From Salinispira sp. (GTDB lineage Bacteria; Spirochaetota; Spirochaetia; DSM-27196; Salinispiraceae), in NCBI GenBank assembly GCA_965226555.1, contig CBDDDG010000010.1:288001-352000 (forward strand): a stretch of DNA of 64,000 nt. The letters run 5' to 3'. The notes under the pieces were generated by a model. It was not told the origin of the DNA. It ran no database searches and saw nothing but the letters and a program-made list of their open reading frames with translations. Positions within the stretch are counted from its first letter, which is position 1; each line of letters starts with the position of its first letter. The position numbers and the translations under genes were made by a program. This document shows positions 54,364 through 64,000 of the stretch, piece after piece.

Positions 54364-54983
54364 TATATACCGTCTTCCCGCAGAAGAATCCGCAGGGTCT
54401 GCGCAAAACGAAGGAGGGCGCCGAGGAATGTCAGCCCCGCCATAGCGAGAGCAAGCGGTACGAAAAACTGCGGGAATCCTAACATAAAACAGTTAAACAG
54501 CATCGTCTCAAATCCTTCAACGAGCCCCCGCGGCATGATAATTGACGTCTGTCCTGCGCCGGATTTCATGCCCCTTTTCTCAAAAATAGTGGAACTTACC
54601 ATCCACACGGCAGCATTACAATAGAATATGCCGAGGAGCAGGGCAGCGGCAGCAAAATACGCGGTCTCGCCCGAACGGATGGCAATAACCAGTGGAAGCG
54701 CCGCATAGAGAAAAAAATCGACAACAAGATCAACATAGGCTCCGAGATCAGACTGTCTGTTGCTCAGGCGCGCTGCCATACCATCAAGACCATCGAAAAT
54801 GCGGCAGAGAATCCACAGGAGTACCGCTGGCAGGAGGTGGTCAAAATACAGCGCAAGCAGGGAGGCAATGCCCGAGAGCAGGCTCATAATTGTTAATGCG
54901 AGGGGATGGAATGTGGATGCGATGGGGCGGAGAAGCGGTTCAATGTATTGGGATTTAAAGTGACGGAATTCAATATCAAACAC
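54363..54983 (-). CDS. CDP-alcohol phosphatidyltransferase family protein
   Basis: DGLDGMAAR..SDLGAYVDLVVD. Confidence 0.9.
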   Translation of the reverse strand: MFDIEFRHFKSQYIEPLLRPIASTFHPLALTIMSLLSGIASLLALYFDHLLPAVLLWILCRIFDGLDGMAARLSNRQSDLGAYVDLVVDFFLYAALPLVIAIRSGETAYFAAAALLLGIFYCNAAVWMVSSTIFEKRGMKSGAGQTSIIMPRGLVEGFETMLFNCFMLGFPQFFVPLALAMAGLTFLGALLRFAQTLRILLREDGI

Positions 54984-55050
54984 AGGTGTATTCCTTTTCT
55001 TGACGGTTTAGGATAGTATAGCATATTGTGAGAATTAAGTGCGGGCGCCC

Positions 55051-56389
55051 ATGGAAATTTCCATAAAAAACCTCGGAAAGTCATATAGCAATAAGGCTGT
55101 TCTGAAAAATCTTTCCATGAACCTCAGAAAGGGCGAGCTTGTCTCCATTGTCGGCCCCTCCGGTGTCGGTAAAACAACACTTCTCCGCATACTTTCAGGT
55201 CATGGAGCAGGAATATGACGGGGATATTTCCTATACGCCGCATGATCATAGCTGGAGACCTGTTATTATGGTATTTCAGGATTTCATGCTTTTTCCTCAC
55301 ATTACGGTGCGTAAGAACATTGGCTATGGTATTGAATCGCAGCAATTTTACGCGCGCCTGTTTCCCGAGCAGGATGAAAAACAGTTCCTCAAGCGTATGG
55401 CGCCTGCCTTCCGCAGACGGAAACGGCAGCGCATTGCTGAGCTCACCGGGCAATATGTTGAGCAGTTCGGGCTCAGGGGTCTGGAGCATAAGTATCCTTC
55501 CCAGCTTTCTGCCGGACAACGGCAGCGGGTTTCTCTCGCGAGGGCCATGCTGATTCGCCCCTCCCTCCTTCTCCTCGATGAACCATTTGCTAATCTTGAT
55601 CAGAATTTGAAAATGGAAACTGCCCTGTTTATTCGGAGAATGCAGCAGCAGTTCGGAGTGAGCATTCTTGCGGTTACTCATGATCTGCAGGAGGCCTTTG
55701 CCATGAGCGATCGGATTGGCGTTATGCTGCATGGCGCAATTCCTCAGATAAGTGATGTGGAGACGCTCTATCGTTTTCCGGTGAATGCTGAGGTCGGACG
55801 TTTTCTCGGAGCGATTAATGTATTACCTGAAGGGCTCTGGCAATTCTGCGAGTTTCCAACAGGGAATCCCGCTGGGGGCGCTGGCGGCGGAACCGGCGCA
55901 GGAAGCGCAGGCGCAGACAATGAGACCGGCGCGCTCGGCGCTGGCGGCGGAACCGGCGCGGGCAGCGCAGGCGCAGACAACGAGACCGGCGCTCTCGGCG
56001 CGGGCAGCGGAAGCAGCGCAGGCAGCAGCGGAAATGCCGCAAAATCTCAGAATGAAAACAGCATACTTGTGCGGGCAGAATCGGTTGAACTCATTCCCGA
56101 TACCAGAGGGCACGGAATTGTACGCGCAAAACGCTTTCAGGGAACACTCATTCATCTGGAAATTGAAATTGCGGATACGACAATCACTTCATACCGTCTT
56201 TCCTCAGACATTGGGAACGGCGAACGCGTACGGATAATTATTCGGGATTTTGTCAGCGCAGATACATCAAAAATCAGCGCAGGCGCGTCAAAAATCAACG
56301 CAGACGCATCAAAAATCAATGCAGACGCTCCAATCATCAACGCAGACGCATCAAAAATTAATGCAGACGCGCCAAAAAATGTGATATAA
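55051..56389 (+). CDS. ABC transporter ATP-binding protein (frameshift ~55201)
   Basis: [17 protein letters not shown] in an upstream frame; LSAGQRQR and DEPF downstream; low-complexity inserts. Confidence 0.85.
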
Positions 56390-56418
56390 TGTAGAATATA
56401 TACCCCAATTCTCAGGAG

Positions 56419-57257
56419 ATGGTCATGAAAAAACATACAGCCCTCTATACTATTCTTAATGTTGCCGGGTTTATTGCAACACTGCTCATTAATGCTCTGG
56501 CAAACATTCTGCCCTTTAATGGGAGGACAACGGGGGAAATTTCCGATTCCTACCCCAACCTCTTTGTGCCGGCAAATATCACCTTTTCCATATGGTCGGT
56601 CATTTATGCCTTACTTGCAGCCTTCATTGTATACAGTATTTTTGCTTCGGCGCGAAAAAAACCGGACAGGAGCAAAGATTTTATTGCAACGATTGGTCCG
56701 TGGTTTTTTGTTTCTTCCATTTTCAATGTTTTATGGATTATCGCCTGGCATGCGGAAATTATTCCCCTCACCCTGCTGCTCATGCTTTTTTTCTTCGCAA
56801 CCCTTCTCAGAATATATGTACTGCTTGGAATTGGCTCGGCTGGCGGTGCTGGCATGGGCGTGGCATAGTCGGCGCGGGCGGTGCTCGTACTATTCGGCGC
56901 ATCTGCGTTGAACTCCCGTTCAGCGTGTATCTGGGCTGGGTTACCGTTGCGACGATAGCCAACGTTACTGCCTTCCTTGTTTCTGTGAATTGGAACGGAT
57001 TCGGCATTGCAGAAAGTTTTTGGGCGGTGCTCGTTATTGTTACCGCCGTACTCATTACTGGTTTTATGATTATCAGAAAACGCGACTATGGATATACTCT
57101 GGTAGTAATGTGGGCATTGTTTGGTATCTGGCTTAAACGCAGCAGCGTAGAGAGCCCAACATCTTCCGTTGCGGTTGTTTCAATGCTCGGGGTGATAATA
57201 CTTGCTGCCATGCTTGTTTTGAGGATATTGATGAGCCGGAGAGCGATGAAGGACTGA
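56419..57257 (+). CDS. TspO/tryptophan-rich sensory-like membrane protein (frameshift ~56860)
   Basis: NALAN.LP.NG.TTGEISDSYPNLFVPA..FSIW; PFSVYLGWVTVATIAN in the next frame. Confidence 0.75.
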
Positions 57258-57332
57258 TGCATAGGCTGTGATGCGCAGGCCTGAAAAGAACGCATCCGCT
57301 GGGCTGCGGGCGGCTTTGCGGGCGGCCTGCCT

Positions 57333-58526
57333 TCATTTTTTCCACTTTTTCTTTTGATGGTTCTTCTGGTAGTTTTTCTGGGAGCTTTTCCGGCGTTCTC
57401 GTATGGCGCCGCGTTCAAGCTGACGTTTTTCCAGATTTTGTATTTCACCACGCAGTTTTTTGTATGATTCATAGCGCCTCTGTGTGAGCCGGCCGTCTTC
57501 ACGAGCATTCCGAACAGCGCAGCCCGGTTCTGAACTGTGGCTGCAGTTGCGGAATTGGCAGTGTTGTATGAGCTCTTCCATATCGGGAAAGGAACGCGCC
57601 AGATCAGCCTCATCGCTCCACAGTTTCAATTCCCGAAGTCCGGGAACATCAACAATAAACGCTCCCCATGGCAGCGGATAGAGCCGGCTTTCGGTAGTTG
57701 TGTGTCGGCCTCTCCCATCTTCCCGTATTTCACCCTCCCGGGCAGGCCTGCTGCTCCCGCCGCCGAAGGAAAACAGAGCATTCACCAGAGACGATTTTCC
57801 CACACCGCTTTTTCCCAGCATGGCAACTGTCTGACCTGCTGTAATGTACGAAACAAGCTCATTAATACCTTCCATGCTCCGCGCGCTGAGCATAAAGATT
57901 GGAACTCCCACAGATAGATTTTCTGCTTCAGTCCGAACTGCGGCACGGATATCTTTCGAGGCGCAATCAATTTTATTCACAACAATAACAGGCTGCGCGC
58001 CTGAACTCCATGCGGCTGTCAGGCTGCGCTCAATCATATTACCGAGAAAATTTCTTTCACCCTCCATCGCAAAAACAAGTAATAGACAATCAACATTCGC
58101 AGCAATAACCTGCGGCTCCGTCCGCTCACCCGCTGCCCAGCGCCGTATTTCGCCCCTCCGAAGAAACAGATCTTCAATGATCCCCTCCTGTCCGCCGGGC
58201 AGGAGAGACAGAAGCACCCAATCGCCCACAACAGGAAATGCGCTGTTCTCCTGCCACTCATTCCGACGGGCGCCGCGTACCCGGGCGCTGCGGGTCTGTA
58301 CATTTTCAGGGGCATTTTTCTGTGTGTTTTTCTGCGCATTTCTCTGCGCATTTTCCGGGCGGCGGCCTTCACGGCAGCCTTCACTCGCGAAGCGGGTGAA
58401 TGGAAGGACGCAGGTATATTCATAGTGAAGCTGATGGATAACCCTCGCCGGCAATAGGTTATCGCCTGCCCTGCTCCGCCATTCTTCTTCAATGCGGGGG
58501 GGCAGATTCCAATGATCGCTATTCAT
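57333..58526 (-). CDS. rsgA: Ribosome small subunit-dependent GTPase A
   Basis: VVGDW, NKID, GKSGVGKSS, GRHTTT, DVPG, CQFRNCSH..EPGC. Confidence 0.93.
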   Translation of the reverse strand: MNSDHWNLPPRIEEEWRSRAGDNLLPARVIHQLHYEYTCVLPFTRFASEGCREGRRPENAQRNAQKNTQKNAPENVQTRSARVRGARRNEWQENSAFPVVGDWVLLSLLPGGQEGIIEDLFLRRGEIRRWAAGERTEPQVIAANVDCLLLVFAMEGERNFLGNMIERSLTAAWSSGAQPVIVVNKIDCASKDIRAAVRTEAENLSVGVPIFMLSARSMEGINELVSYITAGQTVAMLGKSGVGKSSLVNALFSFGGGSSRPAREGEIREDGRGRHTTTESRLYPLPWGAFIVDVPGLRELKLWSDEADLARSFPDMEELIQHCQFRNCSHSSEPGCAVRNAREDGRLTQRRYESYKKLRGEIQNLEKRQLERGAIRERRKSSQKNYQKNHQKKKWKK

Positions 58527-58581
58527 ACAAAAGCGGATGATTCTTCTCAATGTGTTTCATTTCTTTTTCTCTGTTTATTAA

Positions 58582-58813
58582 GAGCCTGTCGGACTTAGAA
58601 AAATAATCACCAAAGTGCTCAAAATATGCTAAATGTATTCGTTGTTTTAACAAAAAAATTACCTATCTCCCCGAAAAAATCTAATTTTTCACATAAAAAT
58701 ATAGTAAAAACACCTATTTCCCTTTATTTATACTTGAAAATTACAAATTACTTCATCGCATAAACATATTTCTTTACAAAATATGGTGGATGCCGGCAAA
58801 GTCCGACAGGCTC
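58582..58813. mobile_element. 232-bp MITE or internally deleted IS
   Basis: Perfect 15-bp TIR GAGCCTGTCGGACTT; TTAA on both flanks; AT-rich non-coding interior. Confidence 0.85.
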
Positions 58814-58824
58814 TTAAAAACGTA

Positions 58825-58878
58825 CAAATTTTTGCTACTGGAAATTGTGCAAGCGCAATTTTGCATTGCAAAACTTTG
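58825..58878. repeat. 54-bp palindromic core
   Basis: CAAATTTTTGCTACTGGAAATTGTGCAAGCGCAATTTTGCATTGCAAAACTTTG. Confidence 0.85.
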
Positions 58879-58956
58879 ACGTAGTATATATGATTTTTTT
58901 TGCTTTATGCAAAAGTTTATGTTATACTATGAATAAGATTTTATGGAGGTAATTGT

Positions 58957-60582
58957 ATGGACACAGGACACAGGACACAGGACACAGGACACAGGACACA
59001 GGACACAGGACACAGGACACAGGACACAGGACACAGGACACAGGACACAGGACACAGGACACAGGACACAGGACACAGGACACAGGACACAGGACACAGG
59101 ACACAGGACACAGGACACAGGACACAGGACACAGGACACAGGACACAGGACACAGGACACAGGACACAGGCATTATATGCGCTCATAGGGCTTTTTATCG
59201 CAGGGGTACTTCTCGTTGCCTGCGAAATGTATGATGCAAACGGCTTTAATGACGCCGGCATTCATCAGGAGACCGGCACGCGCTACGACCCGAATGGTTA
59301 TGACAAAGACGGGTATGCGGGAAACGGCTATGACAAAGACGGCTATAATGCTGCTGGTTACGATATTGATGGCTATAACGCAGATGGTTACGATGCGGAG
59401 GGCTACAATAGAAATGGTTATAAAGCAGACGGCTACAATGCAGCCGGTTTCAATGCTGACGGTAATCATCGTAACGGAACGAAATACAACCCTGAAGGGT
59501 ATGACGTAAACGGTTACGACAAAAACGGCTTTAACACTGAAGGCAAACACCGCGACACTGGCATGGAATACAACCTCTACGGTTATGGCAAAGATGGCTA
59601 TAACGCAGCCGGTTTCAATGCTGACGGTGATTATCGTGATGGAACGAAATACAACCCTGAAAGTTATGACGAACAGGGTTATGATGAAGACGGCTTTAAT
59701 GTTGATGGCTATGACATAAACGGTTACGACAAAAACGGCTTTAATGCTGAGGGCATTAACAGGGCAACCGGCATGATCTACGACCGATATGGTTATGCGA
59801 AAGACGGATTCACTGCCGCAGGGGATCACCGAGACGATTTCATACTTGCCGCCGTGAATACTGACCCGGGAGGAATCTGGTCGAATGGAACAACAATGTG
59901 GGTGTCCGATAAAATGGACAACAAAATATATGCCTACAACACGATTACCAAGGAACGCGATGCGGGCAAAGATTTCAACACGCTTGTTGTCGTGGATGCG
60001 GGCGGCGATGGAACTCTGGACTCCACCCCCGGAGGAATCTGGTCAGATGGAACAACAATGTGGGTACTAAATATCCCCGTCACCCTCTATGACCACCCCA
60101 GTAAAAGAATCTATGCCTATAATATGGATAGCGCCAAGGCAAACGTACCTTCAAAAACTATTTCCTATACTCAAAATGAAATAAGAAATATTTGGTCAGA
60201 TGGAACAACAATGTGGTTAACGTCTTATACTGTGAGCATTCCTATTTATGCCTATGATATACAGGGGAATAGCGCCGTTGTCGGCAAAAATATTAGACTT
60301 GTGTCAAATACTTCTCCTGGGAACATCTGGTCAGATGAAACAACACTGTGGGTGGCGGATGGTAACAGGGATGTAATTGACGCCTACGTGTTTAACGCAA
60401 ACGGTGGAACATTAACGCGGGATACAACAAAAGATTTCGCCACAATTGTTGTTAATGGGAATAATATGAAACCCCGCGGCATCTGGTCGAATGGAACAAC
60501 CATGTGGGTGGCCGATTCTACCACTAACAAAATTTATGCCTACGATATGGCAACCGGAGCGCGTCCGCCGAAAACAGAATAA
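58957..60582 (+). CDS. Surface lipoprotein with GYD/GYN repeats and C-terminal IWSDGTTMWV (propeller-like) repeats
   Basis: SD GGAGGT, lipobox LLVAC, two repeat domains. Confidence 0.8.
   Translation: MDTGHRTQDTGHRTQDTGHRTQDTGHRTQDTGHRTQDTGHRTQDTGHRTQDTGHRTQDTGHRTQDTGHRTQALYALIGLFIAGVLLVACEMYDANGFNDAGIHQETGTRYDPNGYDKDGYAGNGYDKDGYNAAGYDIDGYNADGYDAEGYNRNGYKADGYNAAGFNADGNHRNGTKYNPEGYDVNGYDKNGFNTEGKHRDTGMEYNLYGYGKDGYNAAGFNADGDYRDGTKYNPESYDEQGYDEDGFNVDGYDINGYDKNGFNAEGINRATGMIYDRYGYAKDGFTAAGDHRDDFILAAVNTDPGGIWSNGTTMWVSDKMDNKIYAYNTITKERDAGKDFNTLVVVDAGGDGTLDSTPGGIWSDGTTMWVLNIPVTLYDHPSKRIYAYNMDSAKANVPSKTISYTQNEIRNIWSDGTTMWLTSYTVSIPIYAYDIQGNSAVVGKNIRLVSNTSPGNIWSDETTLWVADGNRDVIDAYVFNANGGTLTRDTTKDFATIVVNGNNMKPRGIWSNGTTMWVADSTTNKIYAYDMATGARPPKTE
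58959..59168 (+). repeat. (GGACACA)30 heptanucleotide tandem repeat
   Basis: 210-bp perfect array starting at the last base of the ATG. Confidence 0.97.
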
Positions 60583-60741
60583 GGATCCGCGAACATGCGC
60601 CTGATCAGACGGTAGAAGAATGTTTCACAGAAAAAACCTTCCCAGCTCTGTAAGGGGGCGCTGTTTTCCATGAAACTTTGTTCATGATATTCACTCCATC
60701 GAAAAAAAACTGCAACATCGAAAAAAACCTCGCCATATGAA

Positions 60742-60770
60742 TTGACAAAACTCCGCAGAAATTATAGAGT
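60742..60770 (+). promoter_or_regulatory. Putative sigma70 promoter
   Basis: TTGACA-N17-TAGAGT upstream of the gene at 60814. Confidence 0.5.
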
Positions 60771-60813
60771 CAAATTTCGTAAAAAATCTATCTCATACAA
60801 CTCAGGAGGAGAC

Positions 60814-61269
60814 ATGAATAATTCTCGGATTAATAAAGAATATCTGGTAAACACATTACGTGACATTACCGCGCAAATTCAGGAACAGGAAAATCCGGTA
60901 GAACTCGATGAATATCGGCGAATTTTTAAGAAAAACGTTTCTATTTTCAAAAGAGCCTACGTGGCTGCATATATGCTGAAGTATTTCAGGCATCGACCGC
61001 GGAGGCAGGTGAATTCTTTGAATGCCAATATGGTATCGTTGTTTATGAACATTGGGAGATCGCGGCGCGTTTCTAAATCGGATGTTATCCGCTTAATAAC
61101 TGACAAAACAGACGCTCAGCGGGAAGATGTCGGAATTATCAAGATTCTTGATAACTATTCCTTTATTGATGTAAACACCGAACATGCCGAAAAAATTATT
61201 GAGAATCTCAACGATATCGAATTTCACGGCAAAGTGATCAACGTTAATTACGCCAAAAAACGAAACTGA
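60814..61269 (+). CDS. DbpA RNA-binding domain protein
   Basis: LFMNIGR..VGIIKILDNYSFIDV; SD AGGAGG. Confidence 0.85.
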   Translation: MNNSRINKEYLVNTLRDITAQIQEQENPVELDEYRRIFKKNVSIFKRAYVAAYMLKYFRHRPRRQVNSLNANMVSLFMNIGRSRRVSKSDVIRLITDKTDAQREDVGIIKILDNYSFIDVNTEHAEKIIENLNDIEFHGKVINVNYAKKRN

Positions 61270-61288
61270 AGCAGCGGACCTGCGGGAA

Positions 61289-62377
61289 ATGAGACAAATA
61301 CAATCTCGCATTGTTATTAAGGTCGGAACGAAGACCATTAGCGGAAAGAACGGGGTTGATCAGAATTTTCTGAATGATCTGGCGCAGGACATAAAAGAGC
61401 TTATTTCAGGAGGACGGCAAATTCTTCTCGTTAGTTCGGGGGCAATTGGAATGGGTTCCATGACCCTGAAACTGACGCAGAAGAGTCAGAGTATCGCAAT
61501 GCGGCAGGCCTGCGCCTCTATCGGCCAGCCCCTGCTTATGCAGGCATACCGGAATGCGTTTCTGGACTGCGGAATAGTAACTGCCCAGATTCTTCTCACA
61601 CGGGATCAGTTCAACAATCGCCGGAGTTTCAACAATCTTAAAACGACGGTTGAAAAACTTCTGAAACTTGGTGTTGTACCCATTGTTAATGAAAACGACA
61701 CTGTCAGCACAGAAGAAATTGGGCGGAGTTTCGGAGACAATGATCAGCTTTCCGCTCTTGTGGCGAGTAAAATAAGCGCCGATCTCCTTATTATTCTCAG
61801 TGATGTTGATGGGCTGTATGACAGCGATCCGCGAAATAATTCAGAAGCTCACCGAATGAGTTATGTGAAAAAACTCAGCAGTGAGCATCTGAAGGCGGCA
61901 GGCGGGCGGGGAAGCAGGTTTTCTTCAGGGGGGATGGAGACAAAGCTCAAGGCCGTTGCCATTGCCGGCGATGCGGGTTGTCCGGTCATTCTCGCCCAGG
62001 GACGCAGTAAGCAGGTTCTCAGGCGCATATGCGGGGGAGAAGATATTGGTACATTTTTTGAGGCAGCGCAGCCCCTGAAAAACCGGCAGCGCTGGATTAA
62101 GAACGCCGATCCTCAGGGCAGCATTACCGTAGATGCCGGAGCGCTTGCGGCTATTATGAAAAAGGGAAGCCTTCTTCCCAGCGGTGTTACCGACATTCAC
62201 GGTGTGTTTACCCGCGGCGCGGTAATACTGGTGAACAATCAGATTAAACTGATTAGCTCCTTCGACAGTAATGAGCTTGAGAAAATATTGGGCAGGCACA
62301 GCGCGGAGATTCGGAAGATTCTCGGAAAAGAAGGCCCCGAGGTTATTGCCAGACCTGAAGACATGGTCATTATCTGA
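61289..62377 (+). CDS. proB: Glutamate 5-kinase
   Basis: IVIKVGT, VSSGA, NENDTV, FGDNDQLS, GGMETK, PUA domain. Confidence 0.96.
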   Translation: MRQIQSRIVIKVGTKTISGKNGVDQNFLNDLAQDIKELISGGRQILLVSSGAIGMGSMTLKLTQKSQSIAMRQACASIGQPLLMQAYRNAFLDCGIVTAQILLTRDQFNNRRSFNNLKTTVEKLLKLGVVPIVNENDTVSTEEIGRSFGDNDQLSALVASKISADLLIILSDVDGLYDSDPRNNSEAHRMSYVKKLSSEHLKAAGGRGSRFSSGGMETKLKAVAIAGDAGCPVILAQGRSKQVLRRICGGEDIGTFFEAAQPLKNRQRWIKNADPQGSITVDAGALAAIMKKGSLLPSGVTDIHGVFTRGAVILVNNQIKLISSFDSNELEKILGRHSAEIRKILGKEGPEVIARPEDMVII

Positions 62378-62415
62378 GTGGGTTCAGGGTAGGTTCTGCG
62401 AGATTTCTGAGCAGG

Positions 62416-63321
62416 CTATATTCCGCTCTTTATTGTCTTTCGAATTCTTTCAAAGGTTTCAGATCCCGAACAGATGACCTGAGCCCTCCGCATTTGCCAG
62501 TATACGCTGGGATCGCTTGGCGGAATGTGCCAGAATTCATGAGTAACCTCTGCGGAAAACCCCCTATAGCGCTCCCTGAAAGAGGTATGTTCCGGCTGCC
62601 GGCCTGTGCCTGAACGTGATCCCGAGCTTGAGCTGCGGAGGGACCAGACTTCTATTCCCAGTTTAAAAAGCAGGGCGCAGCCGCCTGCAATATCCCACAA
62701 ACGCGCCTGAGTGAAATATGCGCAAATTCCTCCCCGAGCAAGATACAGAATACTCGATACACAGGAACCAGTAGAAAGAATAGTGGCGCCTTTTTGAAAG
62801 GTACAGGTTTTCAGAAGAGTCTGATTCATGGTAACAATGAGGTTAGGAGGAACAGGAGGTTTGAGCGGTCTCAATTCAGAAATGGCGGGACAGGTTCTGT
62901 CGGCGCGGCATCCGTACAATACTTCATCGCCGGAGGAAATTAACAGCTCGCCGGAGGCCGGATAGAAAATTGCTCCTTCGGAAAGACGGCCTTCGATCAT
63001 ATAGCCAATTGAAATACCCCACCCCGGTAAACGATTCGCGTAGAGCATGGTTCCATCTATGGGATCAATAACATAGCACCTCCCGCCCAGCGCTTCGCTA
63101 TGGTAGCCATCTCCATGACTATGGGCAGTTTCTTCCCCAATGAAAAAAACACCGGGGTCCGATTTCAGTTCTTTTGTTAGTATGGCTTCAATACGGATAT
63201 CTGCTTCAGTAACCAGCGTATCATCGGATTTACGGCTCCGTTTTGCGGAATGCTGCATTTCAAGAGCAAATGCGCCGCATTCACGAAGAAGTTCAATAAT
63301 GTGTTCAGGATTCCATGACAT
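62416..63321 (-). CDS. Inositol monophosphatase family protein
   Basis: LVTEAD, GEE, IDPIDGT, WDIAGG. Confidence 0.88.
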   Translation of the reverse strand: MSWNPEHIIELLRECGAFALEMQHSAKRSRKSDDTLVTEADIRIEAILTKELKSDPGVFFIGEETAHSHGDGYHSEALGGRCYVIDPIDGTMLYANRLPGWGISIGYMIEGRLSEGAIFYPASGELLISSGDEVLYGCRADRTCPAISELRPLKPPVPPNLIVTMNQTLLKTCTFQKGATILSTGSCVSSILYLARGGICAYFTQARLWDIAGGCALLFKLGIEVWSLRSSSSGSRSGTGRQPEHTSFRERYRGFSAEVTHEFWHIPPSDPSVYWQMRRAQVICSGSETFERIRKTIKSGI

Positions 63322-63427
63322 ATGAACAGAGATTATCACTTCACAGAACTTTACACAACAGAACGTTTCTGATACAATCATTTTCCATGTGGACTACGGT
63401 CCATATCTTCATGAAAGAGGTATATCA

Positions 63428-64000
63428 ATGCTTTTAAAAGGAAAAAAGGCGCTTATTACAGGTGGTTCCAGAGGAATAGGACGGGAAATTGTACTCGCCT
63501 TTCTGCGTGAAGGAGCTTCAGTATGGTATTTGGATATTATGGAGGGAGACTATCTCTCGGAATATCAGAATTTGGCAGCGCAGAACAGGGAAACAGCAGT
63601 ATACAGGGAATGTAACGTTGCCGATGAAGAAGCGGTAAAGCGGGTTATTGATGAGATTATTGAAGATGCGGGGTCTATTGATATCGCAGTAAACAATGCA
63701 GGCATAACCCGAGATACTCTAATGATGCGGATGACGTCTGAAAACTGGAAATCGGTACTGGATATTAATCTCTCCAGCGCCTTCTATATTTCCCGCGCGC
63801 TGTACCGTCACATGGCAAAGAACAAAAGCGGTTCCATTGTGAACATTGCGTCCATTGTCGGGATAATCGGCAACGGCGGCCAGACAAACTACTCTGCCAG
63901 TAAGGCAGGCCTTATCGGCATGACGAAAAGTATGGCGAGAGAAGTAGCAAGCCGCAATGTTCGGGTAAACGCAGTAGCTCCGGGTTTTATTGTAACTCCA
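63428..64000 (+). CDS. fabG: 3-oxoacyl-ACP reductase, partial
   Basis: TGGSRGIG, NNAGITRD, GQTNYSASK, VNAVAPGF; runs off window end. Confidence 0.88.
   Translation, partial: MLLKGKKALITGGSRGIGREIVLAFLREGASVWYLDIMEGDYLSEYQNLAAQNRETAVYRECNVADEEAVKRVIDEIIEDAGSIDIAVNNAGITRDTLMMRMTSENWKSVLDINLSSAFYISRALYRHMAKNKSGSIVNIASIVGIIGNGGQTNYSASKAGLIGMTKSMAREVASRNVRVNAVAPGFIVTP

Noticed and set aside
58922..59261. Cys-rich VSCVLCP proteins on the minus strand
   Set aside because: These are antisense translations of the heptamer tract, which is stop-free in all frames.

Overview
Bacterial chromosomal segment, most likely from a spirochaete; the archaeal/eukaryote-type PheRS alpha/beta and a groEL with no adjacent groES support this. 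The fibronectin-III/DUF285 lipoproteins, ankyrin array and repeat lipoprotein suggest a host-associated lifestyle (inference). The housekeeping backbone includes groEL, mscS, a peptide ABC transporter, thrH, pheS/pheT, uvrC, uvrB, a metal ABC transporter, htrA, a PhoR-like kinase, birA, rsgA, proB and fabG. Accessory islands interrupt it. The most notable structure is a family of Rpn (YhgA-like PD-(D/E)XK) nuclease loci: one intact, one frameshifted and three relics. Four of them have a strong internal RBS plus in-frame ATG ahead of the C-terminal repeat/HTH tail. The tails are combinatorial mosaics, and an orphan spare tail sits directly behind the intact gene. A conserved upstream leader motif precedes most of these loci. 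A dispersed ~54-bp palindrome (12 full copies, four inside a ~125-bp module) lies just upstream of ribosome-binding sites and at Rpn breakpoints. Also present: an IS30, a complete IS4-like element (24-bp TIR, 9-bp TSD), an IS3 remnant, two MITEs with clean TSDs, a (GGACACA)30 tract in a lipoprotein signal peptide, a microhomology-joined mosaic duplication, and a proteasome-like Ntn-hydrolase cassette. Many single-base frameshifts, including two in uvrB homopolymers, suggest long-read indel errors, so pseudogene calls are provisional.
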